This document shows positions 23,592 to 36,113 of a stretch of 64,000 nt of DNA, piece by piece. The stretch covers positions 58,344,001 to 58,408,000 of the forward strand of contig NW_024704743.1 of assembly GCF_018977255.1 (NCBI RefSeq). The letters run 5' to 3'. Below the pieces are notes generated by a model. The model was not told the origin of the DNA. It saw only the letters and a list, made by a program, of their open reading frames with translations, and searched no databases. The stretch is from Callorhinchus milii (Eukaryota). The position numbers and the translations under genes are program-made. Numbering within the stretch: position 1 is the first letter of the stretch; each line of letters starts with the position of its first letter.

Positions 23592-25238
23592 TGTTAGCGA
23601 GCAACTTGGGGAAATTAATATTAGTAAAGAAATGGTTTTAGGTAAATTGTCAGGTTTTAAAACTGATAAAGCCCCTGATGGCCTACATTCTACGGTTTTA
23701 AAAGAAGTGGCTACTGAGATAGTGGATGGCTTGTCTTTGATCTTCCAAAATTTTCTGGATTCTGGAACAGTTCCCATTGATTGGAAGATTGCAAACATAA
23801 CACCACTATTTAAGAAGGGTGGGAGAGAAAAGATGGGGAACTATAGACCAGTTAGTCTGACATCAGTGGTAGGGAAAATTCTTGAGGCCTTAGTTAAGGA
23901 TGTCGTTATGGGATTCCTGGAAGACCATAACAAGATTAGGCAGAGTCAACATGGCTTTACAAAAGGGAAGTCATGCTTAACTAATTTTTGGAGTTTTTTG
24001 AAGATGTATCTAGCAGGTTAGATAGGGGGGAACCAGTAGATGTAGTATATTTAGATTTTAAGAAGGCGTTTGATAAAGTGCCACACAAAAGGCTATTGCA
24101 CAAGGTTAAGGCCCATAGGATTAATGGGAACATATTAGCATGGATTGAAGAGTGGCTAACGGGTAGAAAACAGAGAGTAGGGATAAATGGGTCATTCTCG
24201 AATTGGCAGGATGTGACTAGTGGAGTGCCACAAGGATCAGTGCTTGGGCCTCAGCTATTTACAATTTACATCAATGATCTAGACAAGGACAATGAATGTA
24301 ACGTATCTAAATTCGCGGATGACACTAAACTAGGTGGGAGAGTAAGCTCTGAGGATGATGCAAAAAGATTGCAACGGGATATAAATAGGCTAGGGGAGTG
24401 GCGAGTAGGTGGCAGATGGAATTTAATGTGGGGAAGTGTGAAGTTATTCACCTAGGTAGAAAAAATAGAAAAACAGATTATTTTCTAGAGGAGGAGAGAT
24501 TAGATAGTGTTAGTGTTCAGAGGGGCTTTGGGTGTCCTTGTACACCAGTCTCAAAAAGTTAGTTGGCAGGTGCAGCAAGCAACTAAGAAGGCAAACGGCA
24601 TGTTAGCATTCATTGGAAAAGGTTTAGAGTACAAGAGTAGAGAAGTCTTGCTGCAACTGTATAGGGTCTTGGTGAGACCGCACCTAGAGTATTGTGTGCA
24701 GTTTTGGTCTCCTTATTTAAAAAGGGACATACTTGCCCTAGAGGGGTTGCAGCGTAGATTCACTCGGTTAGTTCTTGGGATGAGGGGACTGACCTATGAG
24801 GATAGGCTGAATAAACTAGGGCTATATTCTCTAGAGTACAGAAGAATTAGGGGAGATCTTATTGAAACGTATAAGATTCTTAAAGGGCTGAATAAAGTAG
24901 AGACTGACGGTCTGTTTCCCCTGGTAGGAGAACCTATAACCAGGGGTCACAGTCTTAAAATGAAGGGTCAGCCTTTTAGAACAGAGGTGAGGAAACATTT
25001 CTTCACTCAGAGGGTAGTGAATTTATGGAATTCACTACCCCAGAAGGCTGTAGATGCTCAGTCCTTGAACATCTTCAAGGCTGAGATTGATAGATTTTTT
25101 AAAAAATAGAGGGATTAGGGGATATGGGGATAGGGCAGGTAATTAGAGTTAGGTCAGAAGATCAGCCATGAAAGGCGGGGTAGGCTCGAGGGGCCGAATG
25201 GCCTACTCCTGCTCCTAATTCTTATGTTCTTATGTTCT
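23592..25238 (+). mobile_element. CR1 LINE, 5'-truncated, frameshifted RT
   Basis: [56 protein letters not shown] motifs; (TTCTTATG)n tail. Confidence 0.95.
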
Positions 25239-25965
25239 AATTTGCATTTATAAAGCACCCCTCAAGCAGGGCAGTGTCCCAGAGCGCTCGACAGTGCCGA
25301 GTTGAAGGGAAGGGGAGGTGATCTTAGGCATGGTTGAATAGGACACTCTTCAAGCATGACCTGAAAATGGGGAAGGAAGGAGCAAGATGGAGAGATAGAG
25401 GAAGGGTGTTCCAGAGTTTCAGGCACTACGGAGAGCACGGAGGACATGCAGAAAGCTGGAGCCAGTCGAGCAGAGACAGTGGGTAGTGGATTGGGGGTTA
25501 ACTAGCTTGGAGAGGTAGGGAGGTGCCAGGGCATGAAGAGATTTGAAAACGAATGTGAGGATCTTGAAATCGATGTTTCGGCGATAGGGAGTCAGTGGAG
25601 TAGGGCTAGAACTGGTGTGATGGGGGTTCGGAGTTTATTGTGGGTGAGTATGTGGGTGACAGAGTTTGGGATCAGCTGTATCTTGTGCATGGTGGAACTG
25701 GGAAGACTGTCAAAGAAGGGATTTGAAAAATCTAGTCGAACGATGACGAACACATGGACAAATGTTTCGGCTGGGTTAAGAACCACTACTCCCCCAAACT
25801 TTGGAACTCTCTCCCTCAATCCCTCTGCCTTGCCTCCTCCTTCCCCATTTTCAGATCATGCCTGAAGACCTTTCTCTTTGACTATGGCTACAATTCACCC
25901 CCCACTGCTTCCTTCCCTAGCTCGGCATCAGGTTCCATCATTGTTAAGCGCTCTGAACTGTTAAG
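25239..25965. mobile_element. Old L2 3' fragments (- then +)
   Basis: AETFVHVFVIVRLDF (-) and LWNSLP...KTFLF (+) in the ORF track. Confidence 0.7.
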
Positions 25966-27519
25966 CAAAGGGGTAAAGGGTTAAGAAATGTTGCAACTCG
26001 CCATTTTTTAAAAGAACTGTTGTACATGAGATCTCATTTGTTTAGTCTCAACACTAATTTCAGTTGATTGAGCTATTGGAGGTGATCTATTAAGAAACAA
26101 GACATTTATTAGTTTATTAATAAACTATAAGTTTTAGGCAAGAGATAAAGCTTCACTTTTTGAAAAAATTACTTTATTATCTTATAGCCCATCCTCTGCG
26201 GGCCTCTGACCAGCAGGTTGGGGTGAATAACCTAGTTCTGTGCAGCGCACCATGGGACGTTTTGCATCTAGCACTCTGGCAGGGTACGCAGGACCTTGAC
26301 TATATGCTTGAAGGACACAACAGTGCTCTGCAGCATTGTGATCCCCTGAAGTGTTGGATTTTGGCAGCGAGGCGACTAAGATTTGAATTATGTTTTCCTG
26401 AGCCAAAAACAAATCCTTTTCTTGCTGATTCACATAACAACAGACACACAGTGCTCCCTCACTTCGCTGAAATGCACGTTTCACAAGAAAACTTTCACCA
26501 CAACAACTTGCATTTATTAAATGTTTTGGAGCGCTCAACAGTGATGGATCTTGACATTGAAGTGGGGAGAGGGGGAAGTGATGATAGGCAGGGTTGGAGA
26601 GAAAGGTACTCAGATGCAATCAGGCAAGGAGGGGCAAGGTAAAGTATCTGAAGCAAGGAGTTCAAGAATTTCAGGGTGTGGGGCCTTAAAGCACAACCGC
26701 CAATGGAAGGATTTATCTAATTACAATGCGTTATAACAATTCATCAGAATTACAAATTCAGCATCACCATCTTACACATTTTCCTCTGAGGGGAAACGAA
26801 AAGCGGAAATCTGTACACTAGGTTTTATGACAATAAAGTGGGAACCATTTGTGATGTAGATGTACTTTGGAGTGCAATTGTTATCCTTCACTATCGGAGG
26901 AGTTGAAACTATTTGACGTTACTGACCTTTTGCCGTTTTGTCCAGTGAATTCCATTCCATATTCGCACTGGCTAAGCCAATGACTTCTATCCATGCCTAA
27001 CATGCCTTTTCAGCAATGTGCCAATGCTCCCCAGTACAGCAGACCTAATGACCTGCAAAAGTCTATTAATAGTCTAGTGTTCAGTGTAAATAGATACACT
27101 GAGGAAAGCAGACAGGGAGGTAGATGTAAGAACACTGCAGCTATTCAGATGCATGGTTTACAGGCTTACTGTAAACAATTTTAGGAATTTGCAAAGAATT
27201 ATATTTTTTCACTAAATTTTAACATTACTCAGTATTATTCTGTAATATATTTCACTAGTTTTTATTTTAAAAATCCAAACAAAATAATGTTGAAAGTATT
27301 TTTTCTGTAATGTTAACAATAGGCAAATTAGGAAAAAATGGAATAGCAGAAAACAGAACTTGGAGTTTATTAAAAAATACAATTGATAACAAGCTGTTTT
27401 ACCCTGAAGTTTGCTTACAAAGTACTCAGTGACTTCACTTTGTAATGTACCCTGTATAGTATAAGCACAGGATATGTAGAATGTAGTGACTGTACATTTT
27501 GTATATTTTGCAAGTGAAT

Positions 27520-28816
27520 TTTCTCCAGTTGAATATCAACAAGACTGAGAGGCCATCCTGATTGGCTCCCGTCAGCACCTCCACACCTTGGCATTCACAG
27601 AATCACTATTCATTGATGCACTCTATATCTCACTGAGTCAGTCAGGAACCTTGGTGTCTTGCTTGACCCTCAAGTCCTTCAAACCCCACATCTGTGGCCT
27701 GACCCGTTCTGCTTCCCTCACCTCCTCAACGTTGCCCGTTTCCGCCACTGCCTCACCTCTCAGGCCGCCAAGACTCTTATCTACGAATTCATCACATCCA
27801 GGCTTGATAATACTAATTCCCTGCTTGTCCGTCTTCCCAACTTTTCACTCTACAAACTGAAGATTATTGAGGACTGACCTATGAGGATAGGCTGAATAAA
27901 CTAGGGCTGTATTGTCTAGAGTACAGAAGAATTAGGGGAGATGTTATTCAAACACACAAGATTTTTAAAGGGCTGAATAAAGTAGACCCTGAGGGTCTGT
28001 TTCCCCTGGTAGGAGAATCTATAACCAGGGGTCACAGTCTTAAAATTAAGGGTCAGCCTTTTAGAACAGAGTTGAGAAAATATTTCTTCACTCAGAGGGT
28101 AGTGAATTTATGGAATTCACTACCCCAGAAGGCTGTAGATGCTCAGTCCTTGAACATCTTCAAGGCTGAGACTGATAGATTTTTAAAAAATAGAGGGATT
28201 AGGGGAATGGGGATAGGGCAGGTAATTAGAGTTAGGTCGGAAGATCAGCCATGAATAGCGGGGCAGGCTCGAGGGACCAAATGGCCTACTCCTGCTCCTA
28301 ATTCTTATGTTCTTATGTTCTTATGATTATTGAGAACTCTACAACTCGTGTCCGCTCCCACACCGTTTCACACCTATCTTCCCTGGCTCCCCATCCCTCA
28401 GAGGATAGAGTTCAAAATCCTCATCCAAATTTTCAAAGCTCTCCACAGCCTTGCTCCTACCTATCTCTGTGACCTGTTAACTCCATATAGACCTGTCCAC
28501 TCCCCCCATTCAGTGAACTCTGGCCAGTTGCATGTCCCCTGCCCGCCCCACGATCAGCAGTCAGGCCTTCAGCCTTTCTGCCCCCACCCTTTGGAGCTCT
28601 ACGACACTCTACACAACAGCCCCTTCACCTTGCTCTCTTCCCTGCCTCTTTCAAGGGCCATCTTGAGACCTTCCTCTTTGACTGCCCCTTTGGACACCCT
28701 CCTGCCCCCCACTTCTGATCCCAGCTTGCGTGAAAATCTTTGACTATCCAGCGCCTTGGGACGTCCTCCCGATGTGAAAGGCGCTATACAAATGCAATCT
28801 GTTATTATTGTTGTTG
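27520..28816 (+). mobile_element. Old L2 3' fragment interrupted by a CR1
   Basis: AAKTLI..ITSRLD then [14 protein letters not shown]2 stem-loop tail at ~28750-28816. Confidence 0.8.
27872..28325 (+). mobile_element. CR1 3' end with 9-10 bp target-site duplication
   Basis: (g)attattgag at 27862-27871 and 28325-28334; near-identical to ~24786-25238. Confidence 0.92.
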
Positions 28817-29496
28817 TAAAGTTATTAGGAGAATCTACTTAATTGCTCCAATATGTATTGCCATTTGTTACATTAGTCTCAGAATCATTGACAAATCTAA
28901 TTGGAATACAAGAAGCTATCAGCCTGCTAATTGGAACCTGTGCATATTTTAATATGATGCACTGTTCACTTATAACCCTTGCTTTCCAATTTTAATTGTT
29001 CACTTTCTTCAATTTCTCAGCAATAACAACAAACAAAAAAGCTCTGACTAGATTTAGATTTTTTTTCAGATGTGAATTAAATTTGCTTGTTATTTGTGCT
29101 GAAAAGAATCCAATGCTGCAGTATTTAATTTTGTGAAGTAAAGTATTCTCAGTACTTCTCAGTCGTAGTACAGTGGATGAGACAATCCCAAACAGTTGGA
29201 AAAAATATTTAGCTGTCTACAGTTTATAATCTTTGCAATAAGGTTATGTACAATCTAACAATAATAATCTTTTCAAAGTGCTTCACAAAGTTTTATCAAG
29301 TGTGCTGACTGTATTTTGTAGGTGAATGCAGCAGTAATTCAAGCACAGCCATGTCTCGCAAACAGCCACAAAGTGAATGATCAATTTTATCTGGACTATT
29401 GTTGGCAAGGACACTGGAGAAATTCCCTTCTCCTTGCAAATGACACCATGGGAACTTTAATATCCACTTGTTTAAGTGAACAAGGCCTTGTTTATC

Positions 29497-29670
29497 CCCC
29501 CTCTCTGTTAGTCCTTAAAAGCCTCTCCCTCTCACCATGCCCTAGTTCTGATGAAGGGTCATGGACCCGAACTGTTAACTCACTTTCCTTTCTCCATATA
29601 TGCTGCCTGACTTGTTCCCAGCAACTTCTGTTTTAGTTTCAGATTTCCAGCATCTGCAGTATTTTGCATT
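29497..29670 (+). mobile_element. Short Penelope-like element containing a hammerhead ribozyme core
   Basis: CTGATGA-a-gggtc/gaccc-GAA core; ttgtttatc direct repeat at 29488-29496 and 29671-29679; second copy at 1084-1206. Confidence 0.65.
29544..29580 (+). ncRNA. Minimal type I hammerhead ribozyme motif (mutated copy)
   Basis: Stem I agtt/aact, CUGAUGA, stem II gggtc-atg-gaccc, GAA(c)tgtt; the other copy has GAAAcgct. Confidence 0.55.
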
Positions 29671-30096
29671 TTGTTTATCTTGTTTGTATACTTTATCTGA
29701 AGCATGGCACCTTTGACAACCTCATCCAAGTAGCCATTGTTCATGTGTGAATCTTAACAGTAAGTGTTGGCAGTCTATTCAACCTCAGAACACATCACAA
29801 CCAGGGCTGCCCATATCCTCATGGAACATCTTTCAGCCATGTCATTTTTTTGGATCAGGAGCGGGAACCGTGGCTGAATTTCCACTCCCTAACCCAGAAG
29901 TTCTCAGGCCAGATGTAGAGTTACTTCAGCTGCCCCAGATGAGATCAGCGCAGTTGGGATTTGAATGTGTGGCCTTCCTGCCAGTATAGCATCGTTGCTT
30001 TACGAACTAGGCTTTACCAAATGGGGAGCTCATCAGCAGGATAATTTTTTCATTTTTTGTGTATGTAAGAACTTCAGTTTTGCTATAAACTTTGCT

Positions 30097-30450
30097 ATCA
30101 GGAGCTGAGTGGAATGATTCCCTGCCCCCAGTGACTGGTTTGCCCTTTGGCTGTTTTGGTTGTTTCACTCAGATAACCCTGCAAGCCAAAGTCCTAATGG
30201 GTAAGATGGTCCTAGCTGGATAAGCAGTGGGAAAGCTTGCCAGACAGCGATATCAGTTTAGCTGGCTAGACTCCAACAGTACCCCAACACACACTCTGGG
30301 ATCCCCAAGCCTTGGCTCTTGCCAAACTGTGTCAAATATTTTCTGGAATTAGGTAAGCAGGATGCGTCCCTCCAGGGAGAGAGTGTGCATTTCATTCCAA
30401 CAATCTATCTCCGGAATTTCCCTGGTGATATAGAGATGGGATGCATGGAA
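30097..30450 (+). repeat. Unclassified repeat, copy B (first ~80 bp inverted)
   Basis: Aligns with ~2385-2720. Confidence 0.75.
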
Positions 30451-30454
30451 TGTT

Positions 30455-30888
30455 CCGATCACCCCCATCCTCACCTGGCTTCACTGGCTCCCCATTACCC
30501 AGAGGACTGAGTTTAAAATCCTTGTACTTACCTTTAAGCCCTCCTGGGTCTTGCTCTGCTCTACCTCTGTGATCTCCTAAAACCTTGTCCGCTTTCCTCC
30601 ACATCGACGGCCTTGCCCACTCCACCATCGGAGGTCGGGCCTTTAACTTTTCTGCTCTCACCCTCTGGAACTCTATCCCAGAGCCCCTCCACTTTACGTC
30701 CTACAAGTCCCATCTCAAGACCTTCCTCTTTGAATATGCCTTCGGTCATCTTTCCACCACCACTCCTCTTGCCCTTCACCCCTCTTGATTCCAGCCCACA
30801 GCTCGGGTACAAATCCTTGACTGTCCAGTACCTTGGGTTGTCCTCCCAATGTGAAAGGTGCTATATAAATATAATTTGTTATTGTAAT
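30455..30888 (+). mobile_element. Old L2 3' fragment
   Basis: TIGGRAFNFSA..LWNSIP...KSHLKTFLF; L2 tail. Confidence 0.78.
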
Positions 30889-30899
30889 TCCCGATATAT

Positions 30900-31372
30900 T
30901 TATTGGAATAGAATGTGCGCTCTCTCCTTGGATCCTGCTTACCTAATTCCGGAACGTTTTAAGCGCAGTTGACAAGAGCCAAGGCTTGATCCCAGAATGT
31001 GTGTCGGGGTACTACTGGAGTCTAACCAGCTAAAACTGCATATCTTGCCACTGATATTGCTGTCTGGCAAGCTTTCTGACTGCTTTTCCAGCAAGGACCA
31101 CCCTATCCATTAGTGCTTTGGCTTGCAGGGTGAACAGGAGCTGAGTTGGATGGCTCCCTGCCCCCAGTGACTGGTCTGCCCTTCCAAATCCTGCCCATGA
31201 GCCAGACTGGCTGTACGGTCATCAGCAGTGCCCTGGAATACTGAGAATCTGCCTGGTCAGGAACCAGACTACTGGGACTACTGAGATTGCTGCAGAGGGT
31301 TGGCTCAATTCTGACATTCCGTTGACAAATATGTCACCTCCCAGCTCCAAGTCGACCCCATTTATCTCCCTT
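30900..31372 (-). repeat. Unclassified repeat, copy C
   Basis: Reverse complement aligns with ~2175-2675. Confidence 0.75.
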
Positions 31373-31844
31373 CCAGAGTTGGGTGGGGGGGAGGGGTGTT
31401 GGCAGGAGAGAAGGAAAATAAAGAAAATGATTTGTAAAAGTTTAGGATGGGTTGTACAATTTTTTTTTGCATTTGCCAGAGATCTGGCTTACCAAAAAGA
31501 AAGAGTTAGACTAGTGGGAGCCTAACAATAAAACTTGGGTGTATAGATGAAAAAAAAGGGTGGGGGGGAAGGCTGGGGTAGGGGAGTAGGTGGGATGTGG
31601 TGAAAAGTAATAGGTTTATAGATGGGTTTTGAAAGCAGAGAGGAGGGAGCAACGTGGAGTGGTTTAGGGTGAGAGGTCCAGAAAGCAGGTCAAAGTAGCT
31701 GAAAGCTCACTCACTGATGAAATAAAGTAGCACTTTATTTCAGCATCTTGATGAAGCACTTTATTTCAGCAAATAAATATGGAATTGTTCATTCTGAGTT
31801 AAATTTATGGCATGTATTGTAATAATTATCACATACCACAAATT

Positions 31845-32245
31845 GTGGAGTCCTGCAGCTTAGTGGTTAGAGCACTCGCCTCGCAAGTGAGAGGACTTGG
31901 ATTAGATTCCTGGTAGGATGAAATGTTGGGCAAGTTCCCTTATTCCACATAACTCTGATTACCAACATTTAGTAGGAACCCAATTGTTAATCAATTGGCA
32001 GATCACTTTTCTAAGGGTAACAATTCCTTCAAAATAATTTTTTAATTGAATTTGTTCACTCAATCCACGACTATTTGTAGGACACTTCTGTGCGCAATTG
32101 GATGTCGCATTTCGCCCACATAATCTACAGTCCATTCACTTTGTAGTATATTTTGTGAAATGATTTGAGATGTCTCAAAGATGTGATAAGGCTATATCAA
32201 ATGCAAGGATTATCTTTATTATTTATTATTATTATTATTATTATT
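31845..32245 (+). mobile_element. tRNA-SINE (long variant), full length
   Basis: gtggagtcctgcagcttagtggttagagcac head; (ATT)n tail. Confidence 0.88.
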
Positions 32246-33419
32246 TCTCCCCATCCCCATCTTTCATTAGTCTAGAACAATTGGACTTTAGCAGATGCAA
32301 GGGAAAATGAACTATGAACTTATTTGATCAAATTTTAAAAATAAAAATTACTTGGGTAGAAAGCACTTTGGGTATTGGAAATAATGCCCCTATATCTATG
32401 CCTCTGGATAATTTATTCAAAGGGGAGTGAAAGCTTAATGTTCAAACAATTTTGATGACAAAGCTAAACAACGTTGCTATAAGTTTGTTTAACAACAAGA
32501 TTCCATTTATAAAGCGCCTTTCACGTCAGGAGGACGTCCCAGATTTAAGATTTGTTGTCTTTCCTTTTTTTACTGTGATTTATATGTTTTTCATTGCGTT
32601 TCATTTCTTAGTTTCATTTCTATAATAATATTATTATTATTATTAGAGGTGAGCACAAGTTAACTGCAGATTATTGAACCGTACAATTTAAGATATTAAT
32701 AACATGCATAACGTCAAAAAAGGAGGTTATAGTTCCTCCGTATTGTTGTTATTCCACCACTTGAGCAGAAAAATCAATAAAAATGTAAATTACAAATAAG
32801 TGGATAAATCTACATATGCATTGAGGAAAGATGTAAGGTGTTGGCAGCTGTACAATCTGAGGCTAATATATTTCCTTTGTGCATAAATAAAACATCAATG
32901 GAAATTTCAATTGCAAAACATATATATATAACTTCTTTAAAATAGACCCCCCAATTCTTACATCTTCTCATTTCCTCTCACTAGATTATATCTGAATAAC
33001 TAATAATAAGCATTTCCTTCTTTATCTGTCTAATATTGCTACATATAGCTGTTATTGCTTTATTATTGGTTGATGCTATTGACATGACATTGTTATAGAG
33101 TGTACTGTGGCAGCTTTAATGAGTAACATTCTCTGCAGCAGAATCTAACAACTAATCCACATTGTGAATTACAGAGTTTTACATTGTGCAGTTCTCAAAC
33201 TTAATGTATCTGAATTCTATCTGTAGCTTTTCGGAATATATTGGTCATTGTGATGATACACAGACCATTTTGATGCAAATTGCTTTAGAGATTAATGGAA
33301 AACCAATTTGTCACAAGCAATATTTGATAGGGAAAAAAATGCTTTGATGTGTTGTAAAGAAAATGATTAGCAGAGGGTATCAATCAGTCCTTCTCTTTTG
33401 TGCTTCTCGATTTTCCCCC

Positions 33420-33455
33420 ACTCTCTCTCTCTTTCTCTCTCTCACACACACACAC
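33420..33455. repeat. (CT)n(CA)n compound microsatellite
   Basis: Direct reading. Confidence 0.9.
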
Positions 33456-33668
33456 TTTCTGATGAATGGTTGATGGGTTAGAGTGTGAAAGATTTGGGAG
33501 TCAAGCCAATCTTTAATTACACTGTCTCCAGCTGCAGTACAAGGGTGTGAGCCCAGCAGAAAAGGAATTACAGTTATATCAGGCAAGGCAATGAATGGAC
33601 TGGGAATAAAATTGCACAGGAAATCTGCAGTCTTCTTCCTGCGATTTAATCAGTTGTGTGCTTACAGA
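33456..33668 (+). other. Candidate first/5' exon ending in AGA|GTAAGT
   Basis: Repeat-free complex sequence; ATG at ~33591 is open for 26 codons up to a consensus donor. Confidence 0.4.
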
Positions 33669-35687
33669 GTAAGTGCCCATTGTGTGAGGTGTCAGGTCAA
33701 CACTGAGGTCTTTGCTGTCCATATTCATTTAATGAACTGTAATGATTAATAGCCATTATTCATGCAGCTCAACCTATCCACATTAATAACAACTTATTCC
33801 AGCCCAGAGAATTCCCATCATATGGAATGAAGAGCAGAACTGAATGCGGGAGTAATAACGCATAAAGTGGGTTAAAACTCTTACATATTTCCTTTATCCG
33901 ATTTCTTTCCATCGTAACAGTATTTGATTAGCTCGGAAAATATGAAATGGGGATTTTTTTTTAAATATCCAATTTAGAAAGGGATCGAGCGCATGACAGT
34001 CAATTGGTCTCTGCACATTTTGCCTGCCATTCACATTCACATGCAAGAAAATAATATTAGATTTTGGTTTCTGAGGAAATGCTGACGTCAATCATAATTT
34101 GTCATCATTATTTCTCTCCTCGGCCAAAAATGAATAGCTTAAACGTGATACCAAATGTAGAATCATGAAGTCACAAGGCAAAATCTGTGAAGGGTTTGTG
34201 CATTAAAAGGGTAAGAGCTGAATAGATTTATTTTTCTTGTATCGCATGCTAGCATTAAGTCTTCCTCTCTGATATGGTAATTGGCTGCTCTCAAATGTTG
34301 CCTGGCTTCTCAGCATCACCCTGATACTGTAATCCAGGATCAACTATTATAATGAGCTACTGGGCCCCGATTATACAGTCATGAGTCAAACCAATATATT
34401 TCAGTGTTGAAAGTGAAAGCTATTTGCTTTTAGCACTCGGAGGGCAATTACATGCTCCAGTCTTCACAAGGTAAAAAATATTCTAAAGTGTTCGGGTTTA
34501 TAATGTGGAGAGGTTCTTACTGACTTTACAAGTAAAGAATGAGAATTAGGGGTGGGGGTGGGGGAGTGGATAGCAGTAGTCCAGCACTAGACTTGCTAAC
34601 GTAATGCAGGATCAGGATTGTTTTGCAGTACCTGGGATATCATCTACTGATCTTGGCTTTGCTTCCCTAAATGTACTTGTTTTCACTCTAGAAGGGGGGA
34701 AATATGGAAGGGACAGTAGTCATTAGCAACCTAATTTTAGGAACCTAGGAAAATAGTTTTTTAATTAAAACTGAATTTAAGAATTTTCTAAATTCCTGCA
34801 TGGTCTTATATTTTAATACAAGGCTACGACAACGTGCAATTTCAGACCTAAGTTAGCTCAATGGGGAAAAATGCTTGTGAGCATTATGCAGATTGCTGTC
34901 AATGACAAAGAGCACAAACTCTACAAGAAGTAGTCCATGTAGATTTAGAAGCAATCTGTCCTACAATACAGTATGTCACTGAATATTTTAAAGGCAGCAA
35001 CCAAATTAGTGAGTGAGTGAGTGATCTCAAATAGACATAATCTCCTTCATTTTCAGAAGGCAGCTTATGAAGTTCCACATGCAAGATTTTTATAGGATAA
35101 AACTCAAGAAATTAATTGCAAATTAGTCAGTCCTATGAAAAGCTGTTTCATAAACAGGTCATAATAAATTGAAAAAATTCTGTCTAGGAGCAATCACTAT
35201 AGGTGATCTACACGGTGGTCTGTTCTGGAGCAGCTGAGTTGATAATCTTCATCAAAAACAAATTGGATCCGTTTCTGAACAGGAACAGTGTTGCAGGTTA
35301 TTTGAATAGGTAAGACTCAGACGAATACTCAAACAGGATCCAGGAAGCAGAAAGTTGAGAAAAGGAAAAGTGTTGTCTGACAGAGGCAGACAGATATTTG
35401 AATGGTGAATATGTGGGATTTGATAAATATTCTGGAGCTTTTGACCTGGATAAAGTGGTTCATGATAAGGTAGTTTTGTGTGGTCTTAGGAAGGAATGGG
35501 TTTGATAGGCCTAATGGTCCTTTTTTCCTTCCACATTTTCTTATGATCTTAATGCTTTTGTGAAAGTAGTCAGTGGCAGATCTTAAGATAAAAGCCAAAG
35601 TGACATGGGAAAGTTTAGTGTGCATCAGCCTGGTATAAAAGGATTTTTCTGACTGGTTGAAGTTACGAGGAGAAAGGACATTGAAAT

Positions 35688-36113
35688 TATAATAACCCTT
35701 GCATTTGGTATAGCACCTTATCACGACATTGAGATTTCTCAAAGCACTTCACAGGATTTACCCTGAAGTGGAGTGACTGTATTTGTAGGTAAATGCGACA
35801 GATCAATTGCATGCAGCAATGTTGCATAAACAACCATAAAACAGATAATCAATTGTATTTGAGGGATTGTTGGCCAGGAAACCAGGTGAAGCTCATTTCT
35901 GTTTTGGAATAATGCTATGGGATCTTTAACATCTTTCTGAACAGTCAGATGAGACCTGTTTAACATCTCATCCGAAGGACAAAGAAAAGCATCCCCGGAA
36001 TTACATTGGAGTGTCAACCTAGACTACGTAACTATGCAAAAGTCACGACATGGAACTTGAAGCCGCAATATTTTGACTCAGAGATGAGAGTGCTACCACT
36101 GAGCCAGGCTGAC
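35688..36113 (-). mobile_element. Deu-domain SINE, near full length
   Basis: Tail, Deu core and head (agagtgctaccactgagcc) all visible. Confidence 0.78.

Larger units (their letters stand above)
29260..29720 (-). mobile_element. Deu-domain SINE interrupted by the Penelope-like element
   Basis: SINE core resumes at ttatctgaagcatggcacc after the insert. Confidence 0.65.

Noticed and set aside
26160..26642. Overlapping 160-aa and 145-aa ORFs as host gene
   Set aside because: Both run into an L2 tail, show no recognisable domain and have no convincing exon structure.
31714..31745. Hammerhead at CTGATGA + hairpin
   Set aside because: No GAAA after the stem and no stem I/III.
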